The notes: generated by a model from the sequence alone, not told the origin. A stretch of 18,086 nt of DNA from Myxococcales bacterium (GCA_038320275.1 JBBQEB010000071.1:1-18086), one strand, 5' to 3'. Counted from the first letter of the stretch, positions 1 to 9,654 are shown. Translations and numbers: made by a program.

Positions 1-2
1 CG

Positions 3-245
3 GTCGCCGCCGCGGTGCAGCGCACGTTCCAGGCGTTGGTCGACCTCAAGTACATCACCCCCGCCGAGTTTGGCCGGCTCACCGGCGGTCAGCGGCCGCG
101 CCGCCCGGCCAAGCCGGCCAAGCGCGGGAAGGGCCCGGCCCGGCGGGCGGGGGGGAAGGCCCGGCCTGCCGCTGCCAGGAAGGGCGCCCGGCCGGCGAAG
201 GCTGCGCGCCGCCCGGCCAAACCCGCCCCGAAGCGCCGCGGCTAG
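3..245 (+). CDS. 3' end of a gene entering from the left: helical C-terminus (VAAAVQRTFQALVDLKYI) then a K/R/A/P-rich basic tail; possibly the end of an adenylyl-sulfate kinase-like protein
   Basis: Frame is open from position 3 to TAG at 243-245 with GC-rich third positions. Tail reads RPAKPAKRGKGPARRAGGKARPAAARKGARPAKAARRPAKPAPKRRG. The product guess rests only on weak resemblance to APS-kinase C-terminal helices. Confidence 0.6.
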   Translation, partial: VAAAVQRTFQALVDLKYITPAEFGRLTGGQRPRRPAKPAKRGKGPARRAGGKARPAAARKGARPAKAARRPAKPAPKRRG

Positions 246-294
246 GGTTTCCTCGCCGTGTCCCCCGAAGCTCCTTCGGGTTAGATCGGGGGGC

Positions 295-1140
295 ATGTCA
301 CCGCTCGAATCCACCCGGCAGGCGTCCCGCGCCAAGCTCGCCGCCATCCGCTCCTCACTCGCACCGCTCGGCGGCGCCCTGGTCGCCTTTTCCGGCGGCG
401 TCGATTCCACCCTGGTGCTCGCGGTCGCACGCGAGGTCCTGGGCGACCGCGCGGTGGCGCTCACGGCCCATTCGCCCAGCGTGCCCATGGCCGAGCGGGA
501 GGAGGCGCGCGCGCTTGCGGCGCGGCTCGGCGTGCGCCACCTGGAGGTGGAGAGCAGGGAGCTCGACGACCCTGGCTACGTCGCCAACGGCACCGACCGC
601 TGCTACCACTGCAAGAGCGAGCTCTACCGGCTCTGCGATGAGGCGGCCCGGCGGGAGGGGCTGCCCGCGGTGCTCGACGGCTTCAACGCCGACGATCGCC
701 GCGACCACCGCCCTGGGCACCGCGCCGCCACCGAGCGGGCCGTGCGGTCGCCGCTGGCCGAGGCGGGGCTCACCAAGGACGAGGTGCGGGCCTGGAGCGA
801 GGCGTTCGGCTTGCCCACCTGGGACAAGCCGCAAATGGCCTGCCTCGCGTCCCGCTTGCCCTACGGCACGCCGGTCACCGTGGAGCGGCTCGCCCGGGTG
901 GAGGCTGCGGAGCGTGCGCTGCGCGGGCTCGGCCTGCGGAACTTCCGGGTGCGGCACCACGAGGAGATCGGCCGGGTGGAGGTGGCGGCCGACGAGCTGG
1001 AATCCGCTTTCCAGGCCCGCGCTGCCATCGCCGAGGCCGTGCGCGGGGCTGGTTACCGCATCGCGGTGCTGGATCTGGAGCCCTTCCGGTCGGGCCGGAT
1101 GAACGAGCTGGCGGGCGTGCGGCTGCCAGTCGTGTGCTGA
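295..1140 (+). CDS. larE: LarE-family PP-loop ATP-dependent sulfur transferase (281 aa)
   Basis: PP-loop VAFSGGVDS, RCYHCK, DGFNADDRRDHRPG, WDKPQMACLASRLPYG, FRVRHH, DLEPFRSG. Start reassigned to ATG 295 inside ORF 70..1140. Confidence 0.92.
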   Translation: MSPLESTRQASRAKLAAIRSSLAPLGGALVAFSGGVDSTLVLAVAREVLGDRAVALTAHSPSVPMAEREEARALAARLGVRHLEVESRELDDPGYVANGTDRCYHCKSELYRLCDEAARREGLPAVLDGFNADDRRDHRPGHRAATERAVRSPLAEAGLTKDEVRAWSEAFGLPTWDKPQMACLASRLPYGTPVTVERLARVEAAERALRGLGLRNFRVRHHEEIGRVEVAADELESAFQARAAIAEAVRGAGYRIAVLDLEPFRSGRMNELAGVRLPVVC

Positions 1141-1177
1141 CATTGATTTTCAAGTTTTTGGCTCGACTGCATCCAAG

Positions 1178-1228
1178 TTGCTTCTGTCAAGGGGGTTAGT
1201 TTGACAGACGCAAACGGGGTGGTACCTG
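1178..1228 (+). promoter_or_regulatory. Putative sigma70 promoter (TTGACA 1201-1206; TGgTACCTG extended -10-like 1220-1228) overlapped by a 13-bp inverted repeat
   Basis: TTGCTTCTGTCAA (1178-1190), 10-nt spacer, TTGACAGACGCAA (1201-1213): 12/13 complementary. The segment is markedly AT-rich relative to the window. Confidence 0.65.
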
Positions 1229-1262
1229 TGTGGGCAAAGGTGACCGAAGGAGCCCGCCTACC

Positions 1263-1496
1263 ATGAACCTCGAGCCGACGAGCCCCGAACAGGCCGCACT
1301 TCACCGCAGCGATGCGCTCCAGCAGACCCGGCTGGAGCCGATGCTGATCCGGCTTCCTCCCACCCTGGCGGGCCGACTGCGCGAACTGGCCCGAGCCACC
1401 CGGATCCGGCAATCGGATTACCTGCGCGAGGCCGTCTCCGACCTGCTCGCGAAGTACGATCACTTGCCGTCCGATGGTGCGGGCACGGATTCGTGA
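1263..1496 (+). CDS. Ribbon-helix-helix DNA-binding protein (77 aa)
   Basis: GAAGGAG RBS before ATG 1263. MLIRLPPTLAGRLRELARATRIRQSDYLREAVSDLLAKY fits the beta-strand/helix/helix RHH pattern. Confidence 0.8.
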   Translation: MNLEPTSPEQAALHRSDALQQTRLEPMLIRLPPTLAGRLRELARATRIRQSDYLREAVSDLLAKYDHLPSDGAGTDS

Positions 1497-1514
1497 CGCC
1501 AGGCGGCGGCGGTC

Positions 1515-1568
1515 CGACCGCGGTTCCGACCGCGACAGCGACCCCCACCGCGACATCGACCGCGGTCC
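1515..1568. repeat. Degenerate tandem hexamer repeat (consensus CGACCG), nine units
   Basis: cgaccg cggttc cgaccg cgacag cgaccc ccaccg cgacat cgaccg cggtcc, lying between the convergent RHH and truA stops. Confidence 0.7.
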
Positions 1569-1593
1569 CGGCTGCCGCGCCCTGAAGGGCGCG

Positions 1594-2415
1594 CTACCGC
1601 GCGAACGGATCTTCGGGGTACTCCACCCGCGCGAGGGTGAGCCCCCAGCCCGGAGCGCGCACGCCTCGATAGCGCGCTTCAGGTTGGGCCAGGATCTCCC
1701 CCACCCGCTCCGGCGCGATCACCCCGAGCGCGGCCGCCATCGCCGTGCCCACCAGGTTGCGGACCATGGCGCGGAGGAATCCCCGCCCGCTCAGCACCAG
1801 GGCCGCGAAGGGGAATCCCACGGCGGGAATCACCTCGGCGCGCGCCAGCGTCCGCACCGTCGCGGTGGGGTCGACGCGCCGGCGGGCGGTCTGCTCGCCG
1901 GGCCGCGCGAAGCCCGCGAAGTCGTGCTCCCCCACCGCCAGTGCGAGCGCGGTTCCTGCGAGCCCCAGGTCGGGCAGCGCCGCGGCGAGGTGGGGAAAGG
2001 CGCGCGCATCGGGGAGCGCCCAGGTGTAGGGCTGGAGCCCCTCCGGCGGCGGCCATCCCACCAGGTAGACGTAGGTGCGCGCGCTCGCCGAGGCGCGGGC
2101 GTGGAACCGCGGTGGGACCTCGACCGCGTCGACGACGACGAGCCCGGGGGGCGTGTGCGCGTTCAGGCGCGCCCGCAGCTCCGCGACGGGGCAGGGCAGG
2201 GCAGCCGAGAAGCTCACGACCTGACCCAGCGCGTGCACTCCGGCGTCGGTGCGCCCCGCCGCGTCGAGTCGCGCGTCCACCCCCAGCTTCGCCAGCGCCG
2301 CTCCGAGGGCCGCCTGCACGCTCGGGAGCCCTGGCTGCCGCTGGAAGCCGCGGAACGCGCCCCCATCGTACGCCAGCCGGAGAGCGTAGCGCGCGCTGCC
2401 TGCGGTGTGCTTCAC
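1594..2415 (-). CDS. truA: tRNA pseudouridine(38-40) synthase TruA family (273 aa)
   Basis: LAYDGGAFRGFQRQ, AAGRTDAGVHA with catalytic Asp, FHARASA..RTYVY, GEHDFAGF, GRGFLRAMVRNLVG, APGWGLTLARVEY. AAGGAGG RBS upstream of the GTG. Confidence 0.93.
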   Translation of the reverse strand: MKHTAGSARYALRLAYDGGAFRGFQRQPGLPSVQAALGAALAKLGVDARLDAAGRTDAGVHALGQVVSFSAALPCPVAELRARLNAHTPPGLVVVDAVEVPPRFHARASASARTYVYLVGWPPPEGLQPYTWALPDARAFPHLAAALPDLGLAGTALALAVGEHDFAGFARPGEQTARRRVDPTATVRTLARAEVIPAVGFPFAALVLSGRGFLRAMVRNLVGTAMAAALGVIAPERVGEILAQPEARYRGVRAPGWGLTLARVEYPEDPFAR

Positions 2416-2456
2416 TCCCGAGCCTCCTTCGACCGCGACATGGAAACCTCTCCGGC

Positions 2457-3380
2457 ATGGCCGACCACTCCAGCGACCCAGCGCTCGCGTCCCGGGAGCG
2501 CCCGAACGAGCTCCTGCTCAAGCTCGACGGGCAGATCGTCGGCCCCGTCCCCGAGGAGCACCTCCTCGAGCTTCTCGCTTCCGGGCGCATCGGCCCCGCG
2601 ACCGAGGTCGCGCTGGACGGCGGCCCCTGGCGCCCCCTGTCCGACGTGCCTGGGCTCCTCGTGCATGTCAAGAAGGCGGAGGCCCACGCCCGGGTCGCCG
2701 CAGAGCTGACCGGCGCGCGCCAGGTCGCGCGCAAGCGGACGGTCCGCCACGCCGGCGGGGTGGGGCTCGCGGTGGCGGTCCTGGCGGTGCTCGCGGCCGC
2801 CCTGGCCTACGTCCTCGCGGTGCACCGCCCCTGGGAGACTCGCAGCAAGCTCCTGGAGGACTTCGGCGGGGGCATCACGGTGGAGGAGGTCCGCGTGGGC
2901 GGCGGCGCCCGCGGGAGGGAGGGCGCTGCGTCGGACGAGATCGCGGTGCCGGCGCCCGCCCCGCGGGAGCTGCCTCCACCCCTGGCCCTCGCCGGCTCGC
3001 AGCCCCTCCCACGCCGCGCGCCCCACCCGGAGAGCGCCAGCGCCGCGCGTGCGCCACCCAGCTCGCCCCCCGAAGGGAGCGGCCTCGTCGTTTCCCAGTA
3101 CGACCCGCGCAGCATCGAGGAGGTGGTCGCGCGGCGACAGGGCTCCCTCGCCTCGTGCCTGCGTGAAGAGGCGCAGCGCTCGCCCGACTTCGCCGGCACC
3201 ATCCCCATCGAGTTCGCGGTGGGGAACGACGGCAGGGTGACCGCGCTCTGGATCGACGAGCCCATCTTCAAGTCGGGCCCGCTTCAGGAGTGCCTCCTCG
3301 CGCGACTGCGCGACTGGTCCTTCGCGCCCTTTCCGGGCGAGCGCCCGGTGGTGTCGCTCTCCTTCCGCATCGGGCGGTGA
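2457..3380 (+). CDS. Bitopic membrane protein: GYF_2-like N-terminus, one TM helix, Pro-rich linker, AgmX/PglI (TonB_C-like) C-terminal domain (307 aa)
   Basis: LDGQIVGPVPEEHLLELLASGRIGPATEV..GGPWRPLSDVPGL; TM VGLAVAVLAVLAAALAYVLAV; IEEVVARRQGSLASCL...GTIPIEFAVGNDGRV...LQECLLARLRDWSFAPFPG with a Cys pair. Confidence 0.8.
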   Translation: MADHSSDPALASRERPNELLLKLDGQIVGPVPEEHLLELLASGRIGPATEVALDGGPWRPLSDVPGLLVHVKKAEAHARVAAELTGARQVARKRTVRHAGGVGLAVAVLAVLAAALAYVLAVHRPWETRSKLLEDFGGGITVEEVRVGGGARGREGAASDEIAVPAPAPRELPPPLALAGSQPLPRRAPHPESASAARAPPSSPPEGSGLVVSQYDPRSIEEVVARRQGSLASCLREEAQRSPDFAGTIPIEFAVGNDGRVTALWIDEPIFKSGPLQECLLARLRDWSFAPFPGERPVVSLSFRIGR

Positions 3381-3464
3381 AGGGGAGTCTTCCCGCCGGT
3401 CCTGGTGGAAGTCGCGCGTTCGCCCTCCCGGTGCATGTCAGCCCCCGGAGGTAAGAACCATCGG

Positions 3465-4079
3465 GTGACGGACACCGCCGAGAAGCTGCAGGACAGGGTC
3501 GATGCGCTCCCGGAGCACTCCCTTCGCCGGCGGGTGCTGGAGTCGGCGCGCCGCTTCAAGTCGTCGTGGGTGGAGCTGGGGCGCATGCTGTGCGAGGTCA
3601 AGCGGGCGGGGGTCTGGAAGGAGTGGGGCTACGCCAGCTTCGACGCTTACTGCGCGAAAGAGCTGTTCATCCGCAAGTCCACCGCCGAGAAGCTCACCCT
3701 GAGCTACGGCTTCATGGAGCGGCATGAGCCCGACGTCGCGAGCGGGAGCGCGCCCGGCCCCGCGCCCGCGTTCGAGGTGATCGAGGTGCTGTCGCGCGCG
3801 GAGGCCGCGGGGCGGTTGCCGGAGGACGGCTGGCGGGAGCTTCGCGAGGACGTGCTGCAGCGGCCCACGACCGCGGCCGCGGTGAACCGGCAGCTCACCG
3901 AGCGGTACGGGGCCCCCGACCGCCCAGAGCCGCTGGAGGCCCCGGAGAGGCTGCGGAGGCTGGCGGCGGTGGCGCACCGCCTGGCCGCCTCGTGCGCCGG
4001 AGACGAGGACGTTCCGCGAGCGGTGGCGGAGCGGGCCAAAGCGCTCGCCGAGGACCTCGAGGAGCTCTGTCAGGGCTGA
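3465..4079 (+). CDS. Hypothetical all-helical protein (204 aa)
   Basis: Typical codon usage and a conserved-looking core FKSSWVELGRML.EVK..GVWKEWGYASFDAYCAKELFIRKSTAEKL. GTG 3465 chosen as start. Confidence 0.75.
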   Translation: MTDTAEKLQDRVDALPEHSLRRRVLESARRFKSSWVELGRMLCEVKRAGVWKEWGYASFDAYCAKELFIRKSTAEKLTLSYGFMERHEPDVASGSAPGPAPAFEVIEVLSRAEAAGRLPEDGWRELREDVLQRPTTAAAVNRQLTERYGAPDRPEPLEAPERLRRLAAVAHRLAASCAGDEDVPRAVAERAKALAEDLEELCQG

Positions 4080-4148
4080 CCAACGGGGTCGCGCGGCTCA
4101 CCCTCGGTTGCGGGGCGCCCCGGCTCTCCCCAAGCTCGAAAAGGTGGG

Positions 4149-4176
4149 CCGCCCCGGGCCGAGGGGCCTGGGGCGG
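4149..4176. other. 12-bp GC-rich hairpin upstream of clpX
   Basis: CCGCCCCGGGCC-GAGG-GGCCTGGGGCGG with one G-U pair and no U-tract. Confidence 0.45.
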
Positions 4177-4267
4177 GCAAGGTGCGAGGAGCCTCGTTAC
4201 GATTCCACGGGGTGACTCTCTGGGTGGAGCCCCCAAGCTGAGGTAACATTCGAGGGGTGAGGGACGC

Positions 4268-5551
4268 GTGAGCCGCAAAGAGCACAACCATGGAAACCTG
4301 AGCTGCTCGTTCTGCGGCAAGGGACAGCGCGAGGTCCGCAAGCTCATCGCGGGGCCGACGGTCTACATCTGCGACGAGTGCATCCGGCTCTGCAACGACA
4401 TCATCGCCGAGGAGACCGAGCGCGACGATGGCCGGCCGGCGGTCTCGCTGCCCACACCCGCCGAGATCAAGACCTTCCTCGACGAGTACGTGGTGGGGCA
4501 AGACCGCGCCAAGAAGGTGCTCTCGGTCGCGGTCTACAATCATTACAAGCGCGTCTACTCCAAGAAGGCCAAGGCCGCGGTGCGGCCGGGCCAGAGCCGG
4601 ACCACCGCCGAGGAGGTCGAGCTCCAGAAGTCCAACGTCCTCCTCATCGGTCCCACCGGGTCCGGCAAGACGCTCCTGGCCCAATCGCTGGCCCGCTTTC
4701 TCAACGTGCCGTTCACCATCGCCGACGCCACCAGCCTGACCGAGGCTGGCTACGTGGGCGAGGACGTCGAGAACATCATCCAGAACCTCCTTCACAACGC
4801 CGACTATGACGTGGAGAAGGCGGCCCGGGGCATCGTCTACGTCGACGAGATCGACAAGATCGCGCGCAAGGGCGACAACCCGTCCCCCACCCGCGACGTG
4901 GGCGGCGAGGGCGTGCAGCAGGCGCTCCTCAAGATCATCGAGGGGACGCGCGCCAACGTCACGCCGCGGGGGGGCAAGAAGTACAACCAGCAGGAGTACA
5001 TCCAGGTCGACACCTCCAACATCCTCTTCATCGTGGGAGGAGCCTTCTGTGGGATCGAGACGGCCATCCGCCGCCGCGTCGGCGTGAAGGGTCTCGGGTT
5101 CGGCGCCCGCATCGAGCGCAAGGAGGAGCAGACCCTGGGCGAGATCCTCGCCAAGATCGAGCCCACCGACCTCGTGAAGTTCGGGATGATCCCGGAGTTC
5201 GTCGGCCGCGTTCCCATCATCGCGACGCTCTCCGACCTGCAGGAGGACGATCTCGTCACGATCCTCACCCAGCCGAAGAACGCGCTCACGAAGCAGTACG
5301 TGAAGCTCTTCGAGATGGAGAAGGTGAAGCTCTCGTTCACCCGGGAGGCGCTGCGGGCCACCGCTCGCGAGGCCATGCGGCGCAAGTCGGGCGCCCGCGG
5401 CCTGCGCGCCATCCTCGAGGGGGCGATGCTGGACATCATGTACGACGTGCCCTACCGGGAGGGCGTGAAGGAGTGCAAGATCACGGAGGGCGTCATCCTG
5501 AACAACGAGCCGCCGCTCCTCTCCTTCGAGAAGGAGAAGAAGCTGGCCTGA
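4268..5551 (+). CDS. clpX: ATP-dependent Clp protease ATP-binding subunit ClpX (427 aa), orphan/divergent copy
   Basis: C4 zinc-binding domain CSFC...ICDECIRLC, Walker A GPTGSGKT, pore-1 GYVG, Walker [22 protein letters not shown] loop, GARGLR. Confidence 0.96.
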   Translation: MSRKEHNHGNLSCSFCGKGQREVRKLIAGPTVYICDECIRLCNDIIAEETERDDGRPAVSLPTPAEIKTFLDEYVVGQDRAKKVLSVAVYNHYKRVYSKKAKAAVRPGQSRTTAEEVELQKSNVLLIGPTGSGKTLLAQSLARFLNVPFTIADATSLTEAGYVGEDVENIIQNLLHNADYDVEKAARGIVYVDEIDKIARKGDNPSPTRDVGGEGVQQALLKIIEGTRANVTPRGGKKYNQQEYIQVDTSNILFIVGGAFCGIETAIRRRVGVKGLGFGARIERKEEQTLGEILAKIEPTDLVKFGMIPEFVGRVPIIATLSDLQEDDLVTILTQPKNALTKQYVKLFEMEKVKLSFTREALRATAREAMRRKSGARGLRAILEGAMLDIMYDVPYREGVKECKITEGVILNNEPPLLSFEKEKKLA

Positions 5552-5803
5552 CCGGACCTCGTCGGGCCTGGAAGCTCCCGGTTTCCGCGGCCCCCCTTCC
5601 GTCGAGGTGGGCCGTTTCGTTTCTCGAGAAGGGCGTCGGCACCTCAGCCGCTCGCACAGTGTGGCCCCATCGCACGGGCAGAGCCGAGTTTCCCGAGCGT
5701 GGGCGGTCAGCTTCGCGCTGGCACCCCCCTTGCTGCGGACAGAAGTGAAGGTTCTGGGCGGTCAGCCCGTCCCTTCGCTGTACGGCGCTCCTGGAGGTGG
5801 ATC

Positions 5804-7342
5804 ATGGCCCGGAAACTCGCTCTCAGTCTCGCGCTTGCCCTCGCGGCCCTGCCCGCCCTCGCGCAGGAGCACGCCTACGACTACCAGGACGATACGGGGA
5901 GGGCCTACAGCGATCAGCCGCCTCCCCCCGGCCCCGACGGCAGCTACGGCGAGTACCCGGCCGCGCAGTCACAGGGCGCACAGGTCGACGTGAACGTCGA
6001 CCTATCGATGGCCGGAGCCTCGGTCAACTTCGACACCTTCCACGACGGGCTCGCGCCGTATGGCGAGTGGGTGAACACCGGCTACGGGCGCGCGTGGCGC
6101 CCGACGCGGGTCGCCGCCGGCTGGCGGCCCTACTCCTACGGCCGGTGGGAGTGGACCGACGAGGGTTGGCTCTGGGCGTCCGACGAGCCCTTCGGCTGGG
6201 CCGCTTACCACTACGGGCGCTGGGCCTTCGAGTCGGCCTACGGCTGGTTGTGGCTCCCCGGCTATCAGTGGGCGCCGGCCTGGGTCACCTGGCGCTACAG
6301 CTCCGACTACATCGGCTGGGCACCCCTCGGACCGGGCTTTTCGGTTTACGTGAGCAGTTACCCCGTCAACTATGCCTGGTGGAGCTTCGTCCCCTGCCGC
6401 CGGTTCGCCGGCTACCCCGTCTACCAGACGGCTTTCACGGGCGGCTACGCGCGAGACATCTTTCACGCCACCCGCCCGGCTCCCCCGCGCGCCCAGGCGT
6501 TCGGGGTCCGCTCTCCTGCCTGGGGCGGCCCGGCGCGCCCGTTCGTCGAGCAGCGGATGGGCCGCTCCATCTCGCCGGTGCGGGTGATGCCGGTCGCCTC
6601 CGCAGGCGCCGTCGCCGCCTCTCGCGGCCGCGGAATCGTCCCCATCTACCGGCCCGAGCTGCGCCCGGCGAGCCGCGCTGGCGTGGTCGCGCCCGGTCCG
6701 GCGCGCGGCGCGATCGCGGCGCCCTCTCCGGGCTCGGCGCGGCCTTTCGCTCCCGCGGCTCCCCAGGCCCGGCCCGGCGGTACCGCCGCCGCGACGGGGA
6801 CGCCGATGCGCCCGTGGTCGAGCACGGGCGCGGCGCGCCCCGCCCCCGCGCCGCGCGGCGCCGTCGCGCCGGTCCGGCCGCAGACGCAGGGACCTGCCGC
6901 GCCTCGCTCTCAGGCTCCGGCCCAGGCCCCAGCCCCTCCGCGGTACCAGGGTCCGGCGCAGGCCGCTCCCAGGTATCAAGCCCCGTCGCAGGCCCCAGCC
7001 GCGCCTCGTTACCAAGCTCCCGCGCCGGCCGCTCTCCGGTATCAGGCCCCGGTGCAGGCCCCAGCCGCGCCTCGTTACCAAGCTCCCGCGCCGGCCGCTC
7101 CCAGGTACCAGGCTCCGGCGCAGGCCGCCCCGCGCTCCGCGCCCTCCGCTCAGCGGTTCGAGGCGCAGGGGCGCCCTGGACGCACGGGCGGAGCGTCGCC
7201 GTACATGGTCGCGGCGCCTCGCCAGGCGTTCTCGGGCGCCCCCCGGATGCAGGCCCTGGCGCCCCGCGCCGCTTCTCCGGCGCCGCGCTCGGACGGACGT
7301 CAGGGCTCCGGGCGCGCAGCGCAGGCGCCGCGGCACGGATGA
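5804..7342 (+). CDS. Exported DUF6600-like Trp/Tyr/Gly-rich protein with a long Pro/Ala-rich tail (512 aa)
   Basis: GGAGG RBS; signal peptide MARKLALSLALALAALPALA; LAPYGEW..GYGRAWRP..GWRPYSYGRWEWTDEGWLWASDEPFGWAAYHYGRW..WAPAWVTWR..IGWAPLGP. Confidence 0.82.
   Translation: MARKLALSLALALAALPALAQEHAYDYQDDTGRAYSDQPPPPGPDGSYGEYPAAQSQGAQVDVNVDLSMAGASVNFDTFHDGLAPYGEWVNTGYGRAWRPTRVAAGWRPYSYGRWEWTDEGWLWASDEPFGWAAYHYGRWAFESAYGWLWLPGYQWAPAWVTWRYSSDYIGWAPLGPGFSVYVSSYPVNYAWWSFVPCRRFAGYPVYQTAFTGGYARDIFHATRPAPPRAQAFGVRSPAWGGPARPFVEQRMGRSISPVRVMPVASAGAVAASRGRGIVPIYRPELRPASRAGVVAPGPARGAIAAPSPGSARPFAPAAPQARPGGTAAATGTPMRPWSSTGAARPAPAPRGAVAPVRPQTQGPAAPRSQAPAQAPAPPRYQGPAQAAPRYQAPSQAPAAPRYQAPAPAALRYQAPVQAPAAPRYQAPAPAAPRYQAPAQAAPRSAPSAQRFEAQGRPGRTGGASPYMVAAPRQAFSGAPRMQALAPRAASPAPRSDGRQGSGRAAQAPRHG
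6890..7140 (+). repeat. Intragenic APRYQAP peptide repeats with an exact 47-bp duplication
   Basis: GCAGGCCCCAGCCGCGCCTCGTTACCAAGCTCCCGCGCCGGCCGCTC at 6988-7034 and 7054-7100 (66-nt period). Six RYQ units. Confidence 0.88.
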
Positions 7343-7348
7343 ACGGGG

Positions 7349-7371
7349 GCCGGGCAGTTTTGCTGCCCGGC
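7349..7371. terminator. Hairpin between convergent genes, terminator-like
   Basis: GCCGGGCAG-TTTTG-CTGCCCGGC, a perfect 9-bp stem between the stops at 7342 and 7392. No U-tract. Confidence 0.55.
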
Positions 7372-7391
7372 GACGACCTGGCGTGGAGGTA

Positions 7392-8921
<1,530 letters not shown>

Positions 8922-8988
8922 GCCCGGAGCGTACTCGGCGAGGCAAGGGCTCGCCACCCCGGGCGAGCTCTCGCCGGGGACGGGTCTC

Positions 8989-9654
8989 CTACTGCAGCGG
9001 CGAACCGGGGCCGCGCCCCGGCGGTACCCCGCCCGGAACCGGGCCGGGCCCAGCGGGGCCAGGCGACGGTGGAGGCGCCGTGCGGCCGCCGGTCCCACCC
9101 GGCTGGCCCGGCGCAGTCGGACCCCCTCCCGCGGGCGCCGCGCTGCCGCCGTCGAAGCCGCCCTCCGTGCTGGGGGCCACCGGGCCGCCGTCGCCCCGGC
9201 CCGCGTCGCCACGCCCCCCGTCCGCGGCGGGCGGCATGACCAGCACCGGAGGGCCGCCGTCCGTCCCTCCGCGCCCGCCGGCCGTCTCGCGGGAGGCGGC
9301 GCCTCCGGGAGCGGATCCACCGTCGGAGCGCGCGCGAAGCTCCACCCAGAACGCGCGCCGGTCGCCCCCGTAGGACGCTCGCACGGGCGCTCCCACCCAC
9401 AGGTCGCGCACCGTGCCCAGGTGGCTGTCCAGGAACACCACCGTGTTGCGGTCGAGCTCCAGGGCGGCGAGCCCGTCTGGACCCTGCACGGTCAGCGTCC
9501 GGGCGGCCGCGTCGACCGCGGCGACCGTGCCCGAGATGGTCCTGAGGTCCGAGCGCGCCCTGCCTCCATCCGTTCCGCCATCGGGCGCCTCCGCGCGGGC
9601 GAGGCTCGCGAAAGCGGCCAGGAGGGCGGCGGAAACGCGGAGGGCAGGGGACAT
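8989..9654 (-). CDS. Exported protein with a small OB-fold-like (DUF5666-like) beta domain and Gly/Pro-rich tail (221 aa)
   Basis: Signal peptide MSPALRVSAALLAAFASLARA; ISGTVAAVDAAARTLTV..LELDRNTVVFLD..GTVRDLWVGAPVRASY; repeated DGG motifs in the tail. Confidence 0.7.
   Translation of the reverse strand: MSPALRVSAALLAAFASLARAEAPDGGTDGGRARSDLRTISGTVAAVDAAARTLTVQGPDGLAALELDRNTVVFLDSHLGTVRDLWVGAPVRASYGGDRRAFWVELRARSDGGSAPGGAASRETAGGRGGTDGGPPVLVMPPAADGGRGDAGRGDGGPVAPSTEGGFDGGSAAPAGGGPTAPGQPGGTGGRTAPPPSPGPAGPGPVPGGVPPGRGPGSPLQ

Noticed and set aside
1263..1496. Toxin-antitoxin module
   Set aside because: No toxin ORF is adjacent; the next gene is the convergent truA.
6890..7140. CRISPR-like array
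   Set aside because: The repeats are in-frame peptide repeats within a CDS, with no unique spacers and no cas genes.
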